Below, in pieces: positions 25,695-34,311 of a stretch of DNA of 48,780 nt. The translations under genes were made by a program, and so were the position numbers. The stretch lies in NCBI GenBank assembly GCA_035534975.1, contig DATLQY010000967.1, forward strand, positions 1 to 48,780. Reading direction: 5' to 3'. The notes under the pieces were generated by a model. The model was given only the letters and a program-made list of their open reading frames with translations, did no database searches and was not told the DNA's origin. This DNA comes from Pirellulales bacterium (GTDB lineage: Bacteria; Planctomycetota; Planctomycetia; Pirellulales; JAICIG01). Numbering within the stretch: the stretch's first letter is position 1; every line of letters starts with the position of its first letter.

Positions 25695-26692
25695 TGATGC
25701 GATCGTTTTCCGCTACTTGTTTCCTGGCGGCGCTCGCGGCGGCCATGCTAGGCCTGGCCTCGCCCGCCGGCGCCGACGAGCGCGTGACGATTACCCTGGT
25801 CGGCGGCGCCAAGATTTCGGCGATGCTCTTGCGCGAGAACGCCGATGGTGTCGTGCTCGACCTAGGGTACGACGTGCTGCACGTTCCCAAGGGCCGCGTG
25901 CTCGACATCAAGCGTGACGAGGAGGCCGCCAAAGGGCCGCAGCAAGACCGCGGTATTTTCCGCAGCGGGCGGCTCGAACCGGCCGACGTGCCCGAACTGG
26001 TCAAGCGCCACGGCGATGCCGTCGTCGTCGTCAAGACATCGGGCGGCCTGGGAAGCGGTTTCGTCGTCAGCAAACAGGGGCACCTGGTCACGAATTATCA
26101 CGTGGTCGAAGGGCAGAACAAGCCGCAGGTCACGCTCTTCCGCCGTACCGAGCAAGGCTACGAGCGGCAGGACCTCAAGAAAGTCAAGGTGCTGGCCCTG
26201 CAGCCGATGCGCGACATCGCGCTGTTGCAGCTCGATCTGACGGAGCTCAAGGGCGAGCTGCCCGAGCCGGTGTTGATCAACAACGAGGACGACCTCCGCG
26301 TCGGCGACCTGGTGTTCGCCGTGGGCAATCCGCTGGGCCTCGAGCGTTCGGTCACGCAAGGGATCGTCAGCTCGACGACCCGCACGGTGGGCCACTTGCG
26401 CATGATCCAGACCGACGCCTCGATCAACCCCGGCAACAGCGGCGGGCCGATGTTCAACGCCCGCGGCGAGGTGGTGGGGATCGTGTGCGCGGGGCACGTC
26501 ATGTTCGCCGGCCTGGCATTCGGCATTCCAGCCAACGACTTGATTGAATTCCTGGTGCATCGCGAGAGTTTCCTGTACGATGAGGCCCAGCCCCTGAATG
26601 GCGCCACGTACCTGGCCCCACCCTTCCGGACAGGGTCGGGAGCCGCGGCGCCGAGCAGTTCGACTCCGGCGGTCCCTACCACCCCCAAATAA
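25691..26692 (+). CDS. Trypsin-like serine protease (S1C, HtrA/DegP-like) without a PDZ domain, carrying an extra ~90-aa N-terminal domain
   Basis: ATGA start/stop overlap with the upstream gene (25691-25694). GGGAGAA lies at 25681-25687. Signal: MMMRSFSATCFLAALAAAMLGLASPAGA. Catalytic triad contexts: LVTNYHVV (His), MRDIALLQL (Asp), INPGNSGGPMF (Ser). The protein ends in a Ser/Pro/Thr-rich tail with no PDZ-like segment. Confidence 0.9.
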   Translation: MMMRSFSATCFLAALAAAMLGLASPAGADERVTITLVGGAKISAMLLRENADGVVLDLGYDVLHVPKGRVLDIKRDEEAAKGPQQDRGIFRSGRLEPADVPELVKRHGDAVVVVKTSGGLGSGFVVSKQGHLVTNYHVVEGQNKPQVTLFRRTEQGYERQDLKKVKVLALQPMRDIALLQLDLTELKGELPEPVLINNEDDLRVGDLVFAVGNPLGLERSVTQGIVSSTTRTVGHLRMIQTDASINPGNSGGPMFNARGEVVGIVCAGHVMFAGLAFGIPANDLIEFLVHRESFLYDEAQPLNGATYLAPPFRTGSGAAAPSSSTPAVPTTPK

Positions 26693-26704
26693 GAAAGCAC
26701 TCAC

Positions 26705-28723
26705 GTGAACCTTCGCCGCTTGCTCGTTTTGTCGTTGGCTTGGTGTTGGACCTGCGTTTGCGTCTCGGCCGCGGAACCATCCCCCTCGTGGCGCTTGGTG
26801 CCGGACGAAACCGTGCTCTTGGTGCGCGTTCCGGGTGGATCGGAGTTCATTGGCGCCCTGCGGCGGCAGACCAAGCTCGGCAAGTTGATCCTATCGCCCG
26901 AACGCATCGAGAAGCTGATCGCTTTGCAGGGCGACGACGGCGAGGAAGACGCCAAGGATTTCATGAGCCAGGTCTTGGGCCAGCTTGATCTCAAGGGCGA
27001 AGACTACTTGCAACTGCTCGAAGGGGAGTTGGGCGCCGCGTTGGTTGTGCTGCCGGACGCCAAACATGGGCCGCTGATGGTGGGGCTAGGTTGGCTGGAA
27101 CCGAAGGGCGATCTCGCCGAGAAGCTGGTCGCGGCGGTACAGAAAACGATCGAGGAGGAAAACGACGACGAGCACCCCATTGCCCGCATCGATCTCGATC
27201 TGGCCGGTCACCCCGTGACACACCTGTCCATTCCGCAGTTCACCGCGGATGTGGAGGACTCCGATTCGGATTTCGATCTCGATGAGGAATCGACGGTAGA
27301 GAAGATCCAAGAGCGGCAAGCCAAGTTGGAGGAAATGCTCAAGAATGCCAAGAGAATCGAGACCGGTCGCGCGAACGTGTTCTTCACTCGCATCGAACGT
27401 CGTTTCTTGCTTTGTGTCACGTCTCCCAGGAAATCGGCCGACGACGCGGCCGGAGGCAAGCCCGATTTCGACGAGATCTCCGGCGTCGAACAGGCAATCG
27501 GAGTCTTTGCCCGCTTCCTCGAAGCACACTCCGGCCAGGGTGGCGACACAACCCTGCCGATGCTCGCCGCACCAGGGCTGGACGCGGCGTTGCCGGCGGG
27601 CATTCCCCTGTTCGATATCGTCGGCGACATTGGTCAAGCGCTGAAGCTGGCCGAAACGATCGCCGGACCGACAGCGCCGGCCCTGTTCCAGGCCCTGGGT
27701 ATCGACACGCTGGGCGCGTTGGCAAGTCGCACGGTGCTCGACGGCAACGCGCTTCGGAGCGCGACGTTCATTTCGGCGCCGGCCCCGCGACATGGTTTGT
27801 TGACTCTCTTGGATCAACCGGCGGTTCCGGCCGAGCCGCCCGACTGGGCGCCGGCCAGCGCGCTTTCGTACAGGCACATCAGCGTCGATTTGGGCAAGGT
27901 CTACGCCGAGATCAAGGACCTCGCGGTGGCCCATGTCGGCGACCAGGCAAGACAGACTTTCGACCAGGTCGAAGGGCAGTTCCAGACATTCCTGCAAACC
28001 GACCTCTCCGGCCTCTTGTCGTCGTTGGGTCAGCAGCACACGGTGGTTTCGTTTCCGTCGAAGCCGGCGGAGCCGGCCGCCCCCGCCGGCTTCAACCCTT
28101 TGTCGGCGGCGCTATCGGGCCTCGCGACCGCACGCAGTGGGATCGTCTGGCAAGTCAAAGATGAGCAAATCTGGCAGCGACTGATGCAGCTTATCGGCAA
28201 CGTCGCACCGCAAACCGGCGGCATCGTGACGGCGGCCGAGGAGCAGGGTTTCACCGGCTTTCGCGTGAAGCAAGATCCGGTCGAGGCCGGCTTCTTTCTC
28301 GGCCGAGGGTACCTGGTGCTTGGCCTCGGCAAGGACGTGACCGAGTCGCTATTGGCCGTGCTGCGTAGCCCGCCGAAGGGCGCCGCGGCGCTGCGTTCCA
28401 GTCCGTTGATCGAGCGAGCGCGCGTCCTATTGGCGCTGGAAGCCGGCCTTGAATTCGATCTGTCCGACGCCGGACAAGAGATGAAAGGGACCAGTGAACA
28501 GCTCGCGATGCTCTTGAGCGGGTCGGCACCGATTGCTCAGGTCGGCGCCGTTGCCGGGTACCAACCCGCCGCGCCGGAAAACGCGGCCCTGATCGAAAAG
28601 CTCAAAGCATTGATCCCCAGCGACGAGGAGCTGGAGGGATCGGTCGGGGTGAGCGTCGGCCAGACGGTCGTCAATGGGTACGGATTAGTGCTACAGAGTG
28701 TCGTCGAGCTGCCGGCGCCTTAG
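26705..28723 (+). CDS. Secreted protein of unknown function, paralogue A (672 aa); possibly DUF3352-like (tentative)
   Basis: GTG start 12 nt after the protease stop. Signal: MNLRRLLVLSLAWCWTCVCVSAAEP. It aligns along its whole length with the next ORF. It has an acidic low-complexity patch (DVEDSDSDFDLDEEST). I could name no catalytic motif. Confidence 0.8.
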   Translation: MNLRRLLVLSLAWCWTCVCVSAAEPSPSWRLVPDETVLLVRVPGGSEFIGALRRQTKLGKLILSPERIEKLIALQGDDGEEDAKDFMSQVLGQLDLKGEDYLQLLEGELGAALVVLPDAKHGPLMVGLGWLEPKGDLAEKLVAAVQKTIEEENDDEHPIARIDLDLAGHPVTHLSIPQFTADVEDSDSDFDLDEESTVEKIQERQAKLEEMLKNAKRIETGRANVFFTRIERRFLLCVTSPRKSADDAAGGKPDFDEISGVEQAIGVFARFLEAHSGQGGDTTLPMLAAPGLDAALPAGIPLFDIVGDIGQALKLAETIAGPTAPALFQALGIDTLGALASRTVLDGNALRSATFISAPAPRHGLLTLLDQPAVPAEPPDWAPASALSYRHISVDLGKVYAEIKDLAVAHVGDQARQTFDQVEGQFQTFLQTDLSGLLSSLGQQHTVVSFPSKPAEPAAPAGFNPLSAALSGLATARSGIVWQVKDEQIWQRLMQLIGNVAPQTGGIVTAAEEQGFTGFRVKQDPVEAGFFLGRGYLVLGLGKDVTESLLAVLRSPPKGAAALRSSPLIERARVLLALEAGLEFDLSDAGQEMKGTSEQLAMLLSGSAPIAQVGAVAGYQPAAPENAALIEKLKALIPSDEELEGSVGVSVGQTVVNGYGLVLQSVVELPAP

Positions 28724-28935
28724 GTCCGAGATCCCGCCCCCGACATAGTCGCCGCCGCGCTAGCGGTGTCCGGCACCCTGGTCCTGGGGTGATTGAAATC
28801 TGGCCTTGACTCAGGTTTTACTTCCTGCCAGTTTCTTCTCTTTGTGTCCAAGCGTCGGGGATCCGCGAAGGAAGACCGGACGCCGAGCGACTTCACTCCG
28901 GCGATCCCCACAACCTCAAATAGGGAGCCATTTAC

Positions 28936-31047
28936 GTGGGCCTTCGCCGCTTGTTTCTTTTGTCGTTGGCTTGGAGCGGTACCTGCGTCGGGGCGTCCGC
29001 CGCGGAACCGCCCCCCTCGTGGCGCTTGGTGCCGGAAGAAACCATGCTCTTGGCGCGCGTTCCGAGTGGGTCGGAGTTCATTGACGCCCTGCGGCGGCAA
29101 ACCAAGTTTGGCACGACGATCTTGTCGCGCGAGCGGATCGAGAAGCTGATCGCCTTGCAGAGCGACGACGGCGAGGAAGGTGCCAAGGATTTCATGAGCC
29201 AGGTTTTGGGCCAGATTGATCTCAGGGGCGAAGACTACGTGCAACTGCTCGAAGGGGAGTTGGGCGCCGCGTTGGTCGTGCTACCGGACGCCAAACATGG
29301 GCCGCAATTGGTCGGGCTCGGCTGGCTGGAACCGAGGGGCGGTCTCGCCGAGAAGCTGGTCACGGCGATCCAGAAAACGATCGACGAACAGCGCGACGAC
29401 GCGCACCCCGTTCGTCGGGTCGATCTCGATTTGGCCGGCCACACGGTAACGCACCTGTCGATTCCCCTTCTCACTTCGGACGTTCAGGAACCTCATCCCG
29501 ACTTCCAGCCAAATGCGGAACTGACCGCCGAAAACATTCGGCAACAGCAGGCCAAGCGGGCCGAAATGCTCAAGAACGTCAAGAAGATCGAGATCGGACG
29601 CGCCAACGTGTTCTTCACGCGTGCGAACAATCGCCTGCTGTTGTGCGGCACGCTTCCGCGTTTCTCCGTCTCGGTATGGGCCGACGACGGCGAGCCGGAA
29701 GATGAGCCTGGATCGGATGAAGACTCCGACGCCGAACAAGCGACTTTCGAGTTCACGGCATCGTGGAACGCGCGCAACGACGATCTCGATGAACTCTCCG
29801 GTGTTGAAGCGGCGACGGGCGTCTTTGCCCGCTTCCTCGAAGCGCACGGGAGCCAGGGTGGCGACACCGCGCCGCCGATTCTCGCCGCGCCTGGGCTTGA
29901 GGCGGCATTGCCCACCGGCATTCCGTTGATGGAAATCGTCGGCGACTTGGGGCGAGTGCTGAAATTGGCCGAAACTCCCGGCGATCCGACAGTGTCGGCC
30001 GTGTTCCAGGCCCTGGGCATCGACACGCTCGGCGCGGTGGCGATACGCACGGTGCTCGACGGCACCGCGCTGCGAACTGGGACATTCATTTGCGCGCCGG
30101 CGCCGCGGCACGGTTTGTTGACGTTCTTGGATCAGCCGGCGCTTCCGGCCGGTCCACCCGACTGGGCGCCTTCCAGCGCGCGGGCGTACCGACACGTGAG
30201 CTTCGATTTGGGCAAGGCCTACACCGAGATCAGGGACCTGGCCGTGGCCCTGGGCGGCGACGAGGCGAAGCAGGATTTCGATTCGGCCGATGGCGAAATC
30301 GAAGCTTTGCTGCAAACCAATGTGGCCGGCCTGTTGTCGTCGTTGGGTCAGCGGCACACGTTCATCTCGTTCTCGCAAAAGCGCGCCGAGGCGTCCACCG
30401 CGGCCGACTGCGAGTGCGGCGGCATCTGCGATCCCCTGGCGACGGCGCTATCCGATGTCCGCGAGGGTATCGTCTGGCAAGTCAAGGACGAGCAGGTTTG
30501 GATGCGGCTGATGAGGATCATCGCCGACGTCCCGGAGGCTGATGACCTGGTGATGGCGTCCGAGGAACAGGGTTTCACAGGATATCGCCTGAAACGGAGT
30601 CCGCTGGACGCCGGGTTCTTCGTGGGCCGTGGATACCTGGTGCTTGGCATCGGCGAGGAGGTGACCGAATCGCTGTTGGCCGTGTTGCGCACCCTGCCGA
30701 CAGGCGTCGCGGCGCTGCGTTCCAGTTCGCTCGTGGAGCGTGCGAAGGGGCTTTTGGCGCCGGAGGCCGGCCTTGAGTACCAAATATCGGACGCCGGCAG
30801 GGAGATGAAGGATCTCAAGGAGTTGTTGACGAGCCTTTTGAGCGGACCGTTACCGGGCGCGCAGGTTGGCGCCGTGTCCGGAGACAGCCGTGCCGCGCAC
30901 AGCGACGCGGCCCTGACCGAGAAGCTCAAAGCATTATTCCCGAGCGACGAAGATCTGGAGGGATCGGTCGGTGTGAGTGTCTGCCAGACGGTCGTCAATG
31001 GGTACGGACTGGTGCGGCAGAGTGTCATCGAGTTGCCGGCGCCGTAG
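28936..31047 (+). CDS. Secreted protein of unknown function, paralogue B (703 aa)
   Basis: GTG start with GGGAG about 9 nt upstream. Signal: MGLRRLFLLSLAWSGTCVGASAAEP. It is collinear with paralogue A, for example WRLVPEETMLLARVPSGSEFIDALRRQTKFG versus WRLVPDETVLLVRVPGGSEFIGALRRQTKLG. An extra ~31-aa acidic segment lies at ~29657-29800. Confidence 0.8.
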   Translation: MGLRRLFLLSLAWSGTCVGASAAEPPPSWRLVPEETMLLARVPSGSEFIDALRRQTKFGTTILSRERIEKLIALQSDDGEEGAKDFMSQVLGQIDLRGEDYVQLLEGELGAALVVLPDAKHGPQLVGLGWLEPRGGLAEKLVTAIQKTIDEQRDDAHPVRRVDLDLAGHTVTHLSIPLLTSDVQEPHPDFQPNAELTAENIRQQQAKRAEMLKNVKKIEIGRANVFFTRANNRLLLCGTLPRFSVSVWADDGEPEDEPGSDEDSDAEQATFEFTASWNARNDDLDELSGVEAATGVFARFLEAHGSQGGDTAPPILAAPGLEAALPTGIPLMEIVGDLGRVLKLAETPGDPTVSAVFQALGIDTLGAVAIRTVLDGTALRTGTFICAPAPRHGLLTFLDQPALPAGPPDWAPSSARAYRHVSFDLGKAYTEIRDLAVALGGDEAKQDFDSADGEIEALLQTNVAGLLSSLGQRHTFISFSQKRAEASTAADCECGGICDPLATALSDVREGIVWQVKDEQVWMRLMRIIADVPEADDLVMASEEQGFTGYRLKRSPLDAGFFVGRGYLVLGIGEEVTESLLAVLRTLPTGVAALRSSSLVERAKGLLAPEAGLEYQISDAGREMKDLKELLTSLLSGPLPGAQVGAVSGDSRAAHSDAALTEKLKALFPSDEDLEGSVGVSVCQTVVNGYGLVRQSVIELPAP

Positions 31048-32035
31048 GCGATACAACACATGGGGAAGGTGGCCTCGTCAGCCGCATCAAACGAAGCGTG
31101 CCCAGTGCGTCGGTGAATCCCCAACGCTCGTAAAACGGCACGAGCTCGGGGAGGCAATAGAGCTCCAGGTGCTGTACGCTCTGCAAGGCCGGGTGCGTTA
31201 CGATCGCATCGAACAGGATCTTTCCAAGCCCCTGGCCACGGTACTCTCGGTCGACGATTACGTCCATGATCAGGGCCCTGGTCGTGTAGTCGGTCAGGAT
31301 CCTGGCGAAGGCCACGAGACGCTGGCTCCCGGAATCGCAAAACGCGACGACCAGGTCGGAGTGCTCGAGCAACGTCCGCACCCGCGACATGTTCCTCCCT
31401 TGCGTCCACCATTCGTTCTGGTAAAGACGGTGCAAGTCGTCGACCTGGGCCTCGGTCAACCGCTCGATGGGCATCGCTTGGATCGAAGCTCGTTCGCCCA
31501 AATACGTCCGCCGACGAATTGCATCGGCGCGTTCAGGATCGGGTCGCTCCTCGATCAACTCGTGGGCCGGCACGGTGTGGAATGAGACCACAACCCAATT
31601 CGCTCCGTGAACGACAGCCTGGTGCCAGGTATTGGGTGGTATCGACAGCCAGCGACCGTTCAGTACCGCGTCTGGACCGCTGAAAAGCAGGTGAGAATGC
31701 CACTGCTCGTCACGTATCACTTGCAAGTCGCCCTGGCCGCGGTACGACATGACGCGCTGGTGGCTGTTCGGATGGCGTTCGGCGCCGGTCGTGGAGCCTG
31801 CACGGACAATGAAGACCCAGCTCGAACGTATGCCGTCGGGAAGGTCTGTCCCATAAACGGCCAACGGGACTGGCTCCCAGGCTAACGGGGTTGCCGGCTC
31901 GGCGGCGAGCTGCAGTTCCACCCGCTCGACGATTCCGTCGATGGTCGTTCGCGCAGGAGATTGCACGAGCAGGCCATCAAGGTGCTCAAGCAGCTCACGT
32001 TCCCCACGATCAGTGATCAGTTCGTTGGCGGACAT
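31025..32035 (-). CDS. Fusion protein: N-terminal cupin-like domain (tentative) plus C-terminal GNAT N-acetyltransferase
   Basis: GNAT motifs: VDREYRGQGLGKILFDAIV (acetyl-CoA loop) and PFYERWGF. The N-terminal ~190 aa are beta-rich with GAERHPNSHQRVMSYRGQGDL and NTWHQAV. I prefer ATG 32035 (MSANELITD) to the track's TTG 32197. The 3' end overlaps the convergent paralogue B gene by 23 nt. Confidence 0.72.
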   Translation of the reverse strand: MSANELITDRGERELLEHLDGLLVQSPARTTIDGIVERVELQLAAEPATPLAWEPVPLAVYGTDLPDGIRSSWVFIVRAGSTTGAERHPNSHQRVMSYRGQGDLQVIRDEQWHSHLLFSGPDAVLNGRWLSIPPNTWHQAVVHGANWVVVSFHTVPAHELIEERPDPERADAIRRRTYLGERASIQAMPIERLTEAQVDDLHRLYQNEWWTQGRNMSRVRTLLEHSDLVVAFCDSGSQRLVAFARILTDYTTRALIMDVIVDREYRGQGLGKILFDAIVTHPALQSVQHLELYCLPELVPFYERWGFTDALGTLRLMRLTRPPSPCVVSPTAPATR

Positions 32036-32193
32036 GTCGATCGACAGGACACGTGGCCGGCACACCGGGTTCGCGCCCGAATGGTCGGCGTGATGCCGTC
32101 GCACGGCGGCTTCGGTTTCTTTCCCCGGGTGCTGAGAATAGCAAATGCTCGACAAGGCGGGCTGGAAGGCCGACTGGTCGCGGGATAACTGCC

Positions 32194-33618
32194 TCAAGGA
32201 TTCGGACCGCCGCCAAATTGCCTCAGGTAACGTTCCTTGAACGGGTTCACTTGCGGCCCCACGACGTCTTCATTCTCCAGGGCCGGCAGGACCTCCTGCC
32301 ACCACGTCTCATAGGCCGCCCGCATCGCCGCCGCTACGTCGGCATGCTCCTCGACGACGTTAATCGTCTCGCCGGGGTCGGCCTTGATGTCGTACAGCTC
32401 GTCGTTGTTCACCAGGCGAAACCGGCTGCTTTGGACGGCGCACTGGGCGTGCTTCGATTCGGCGGCCTTGCCTTTGGCCCACCGGCCGACATGCACGAAC
32501 AGGAAGCGATCGGACCAAGGCGCGCCGGCATCCTTCAATAGCGGCACCAGGCTGCGGCCGTCAAGCTTGACGTCGCGTGGCAACTCAGCCCCGGCGAGTT
32601 CGGCCAACGTGGGGAACAGGTCGATGTGGGCGGTGAGCCGATCGACGTCAACGCCCCGCGTGAGCACGCCGGGCCAGCGCCAGAAGCTCGGCACGCGCGT
32701 CCCTCCTTGATACGGCGTCGCCTTGGCGGCCCGCATGTCGGCGTTGTAGAGCGACGCCAGCGGGTGCCCGTTGTCGGTCATGAAGATCACCAGCGTGTTG
32801 GGCTCCAGGTCCCACGCCTTGAGCCTGGCCAGCAAGACGCCCAGGTTGTCGTCGATGTTCGAAATCATGCCGTAGTAGGCGGCGGCGTTCTGGTCGAGCC
32901 CTTGTCCCTCGTACATCTTGGCGTACTTGTCGGGGCAAACGTAAGGGCCGTGCGGCGCGTTGGGCGTGAGGTAGACGAAGAACGGCTCCTGACCGGCTCG
33001 TTTCGAGTCGATCCAGCGGATCGCCTGATCGAAGAAAACGTCGGTGCAGAAGCCCGTCGTCTTTTCGAATTTGCCGTTGTGCAGGATGGCCGGGTCGAAA
33101 TACGTGTTGCCCGGAGCGTCGCCGCAGCTACCGGGGTAGGTCTGACCGATGCCGCCGGCGCCGTGAATGAATACCTCGTCGAAGCCTCGGCGGTCGGGCT
33201 GATAGGCGTCTTCGTCGCCCAGATGCCACTTGCCGAAGATGCCCGTCGTGTAACCCGCCGACTTGAGGATCTGGGCCAGCGTCGTGGCCTTCAGGCTCAT
33301 CCGCTCCCGCTCCTGGATGGTGTGCGTCACGCCGGAGCGGAACTCGTGCCGGCCTGTCAAGAGCGCGCAGCGGGTCGGCGAGCAGGTCGGGCTGACGTGA
33401 AAGTCGGTGAAGCGGACGCTCTCCTCGTGGAGTTGGTCGAGGTTCGGCGTCCGGACGATGGGGTTGCCGTGACAAGCCAGTTCGCCGTACCCCTGGTCGT
33501 CGGTCATTACCAGGATGATGTTAGGACGCTCAGGCAGTTCCGGTTCCGCGGCGCCGAGCTGCCCGCCAAGCGCGGCGCTGAGGCTGGCGACCATGAGGAG
33601 TTTTGCGATGTGTTTCAT
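32194..33618 (-). CDS. Cys-type sulfatase (arylsulfatase family)
   Basis: ATG 33618 gives the signal MKHIAKLLMVASLSAALGGQLGAA. Motifs: PNIILVMTDDQGYGELACHG, and SPTCSPTRCALLTGRH containing the C-x-P-x-R site. Confidence 0.92.
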   Translation of the reverse strand: MKHIAKLLMVASLSAALGGQLGAAEPELPERPNIILVMTDDQGYGELACHGNPIVRTPNLDQLHEESVRFTDFHVSPTCSPTRCALLTGRHEFRSGVTHTIQERERMSLKATTLAQILKSAGYTTGIFGKWHLGDEDAYQPDRRGFDEVFIHGAGGIGQTYPGSCGDAPGNTYFDPAILHNGKFEKTTGFCTDVFFDQAIRWIDSKRAGQEPFFVYLTPNAPHGPYVCPDKYAKMYEGQGLDQNAAAYYGMISNIDDNLGVLLARLKAWDLEPNTLVIFMTDNGHPLASLYNADMRAAKATPYQGGTRVPSFWRWPGVLTRGVDVDRLTAHIDLFPTLAELAGAELPRDVKLDGRSLVPLLKDAGAPWSDRFLFVHVGRWAKGKAAESKHAQCAVQSSRFRLVNNDELYDIKADPGETINVVEEHADVAAAMRAAYETWWQEVLPALENEDVVGPQVNPFKERYLRQFGGGPNP

Positions 33619-33708
33619 GGCCCCTATTATATACTTCACGCGGCTAACCATGTGGTTCTTCGTGTAAGATTTCTCAATGAGCGGGACTTATCCATGTAGG
33701 GGATCGGC

Positions 33709-34311
33709 ATGAATTCTGGACCAGAAACTCGACGCAGCCTGATCGTCCGCTTGCGCAGCGCGCGCGACGAGGCCGCGTGGTCGGAGTTTCTGCTGCTGTA
33801 CGAGCCATTGATCTTGCGAATGATGCGGAAGAAAGGCTTGCAAGACAGCGACGCCCGCGACGTGTGTCAGCAGGTCCTGGCGGCGGTTGCCGGCGATGTG
33901 GGAAAGTGGAAATCGGATGGCCAGACCGCGTCGTTTCGGAGGTGGCTGTTCAGCATCGCTCGAAACCGGGTCGTCAAATTCCTGGTCAAGAGTCGGAAGG
34001 GAGCCGTCGCGACGGGCGGAACCGACGCACAGAGGTTACTGGAAGCTCAGCCGGATTCGCAGGCATCGATCTCAGCGGAGTTCGAACGGGAATACCGCCA
34101 TCAATTGCTGGTTTGGGCCGCCGATCAAGTCCGCGCCGAGTTTCGTGACTCGACATGGCGCGCATTCTGGCAGACGTGCATCGTTGGTCGATCGGCGGCC
34201 GACGTGGCCGCCGAATTGGAAACGTCGCTCGGAAACGTCTACGTCGCTCGCAGCCGGATCATTGCCAGGCTGCGCGAAAAGGTCAGTGAGGTCCAAGATG
34301 GTTCATTGTGA
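33709..34311 (+). CDS. ECF-type RNA polymerase sigma-70 family factor
   Basis: 200 aa. Region 2-like: DSDARDVCQQVLAAV, with WLFSIARNRVVKFL. Region 4.2 HTH: RSAADVAAELETSLGNVYVARSRIIARLRE. Confidence 0.9.
   Translation: MNSGPETRRSLIVRLRSARDEAAWSEFLLLYEPLILRMMRKKGLQDSDARDVCQQVLAAVAGDVGKWKSDGQTASFRRWLFSIARNRVVKFLVKSRKGAVATGGTDAQRLLEAQPDSQASISAEFEREYRHQLLVWAADQVRAEFRDSTWRAFWQTCIVGRSAADVAAELETSLGNVYVARSRIIARLREKVSEVQDGSL

Noticed and set aside
33887-34297. Upstream extension of the WD40 kinase ORF (track start 33887). Similar extensions occur at 17730 (esterase), 18998 (oxidoreductase), 45480 (MGMT-like), 32197 (GNAT), 13582 (small ORF) and 14442.
   Set aside because: The extensions overlap neighbouring genes or REP-like elements and are Arg/Gly/Pro-rich. 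Each precedes an internal start that yields a proper signal peptide or conserved N-terminus, often with a Shine-Dalgarno-like purine run.
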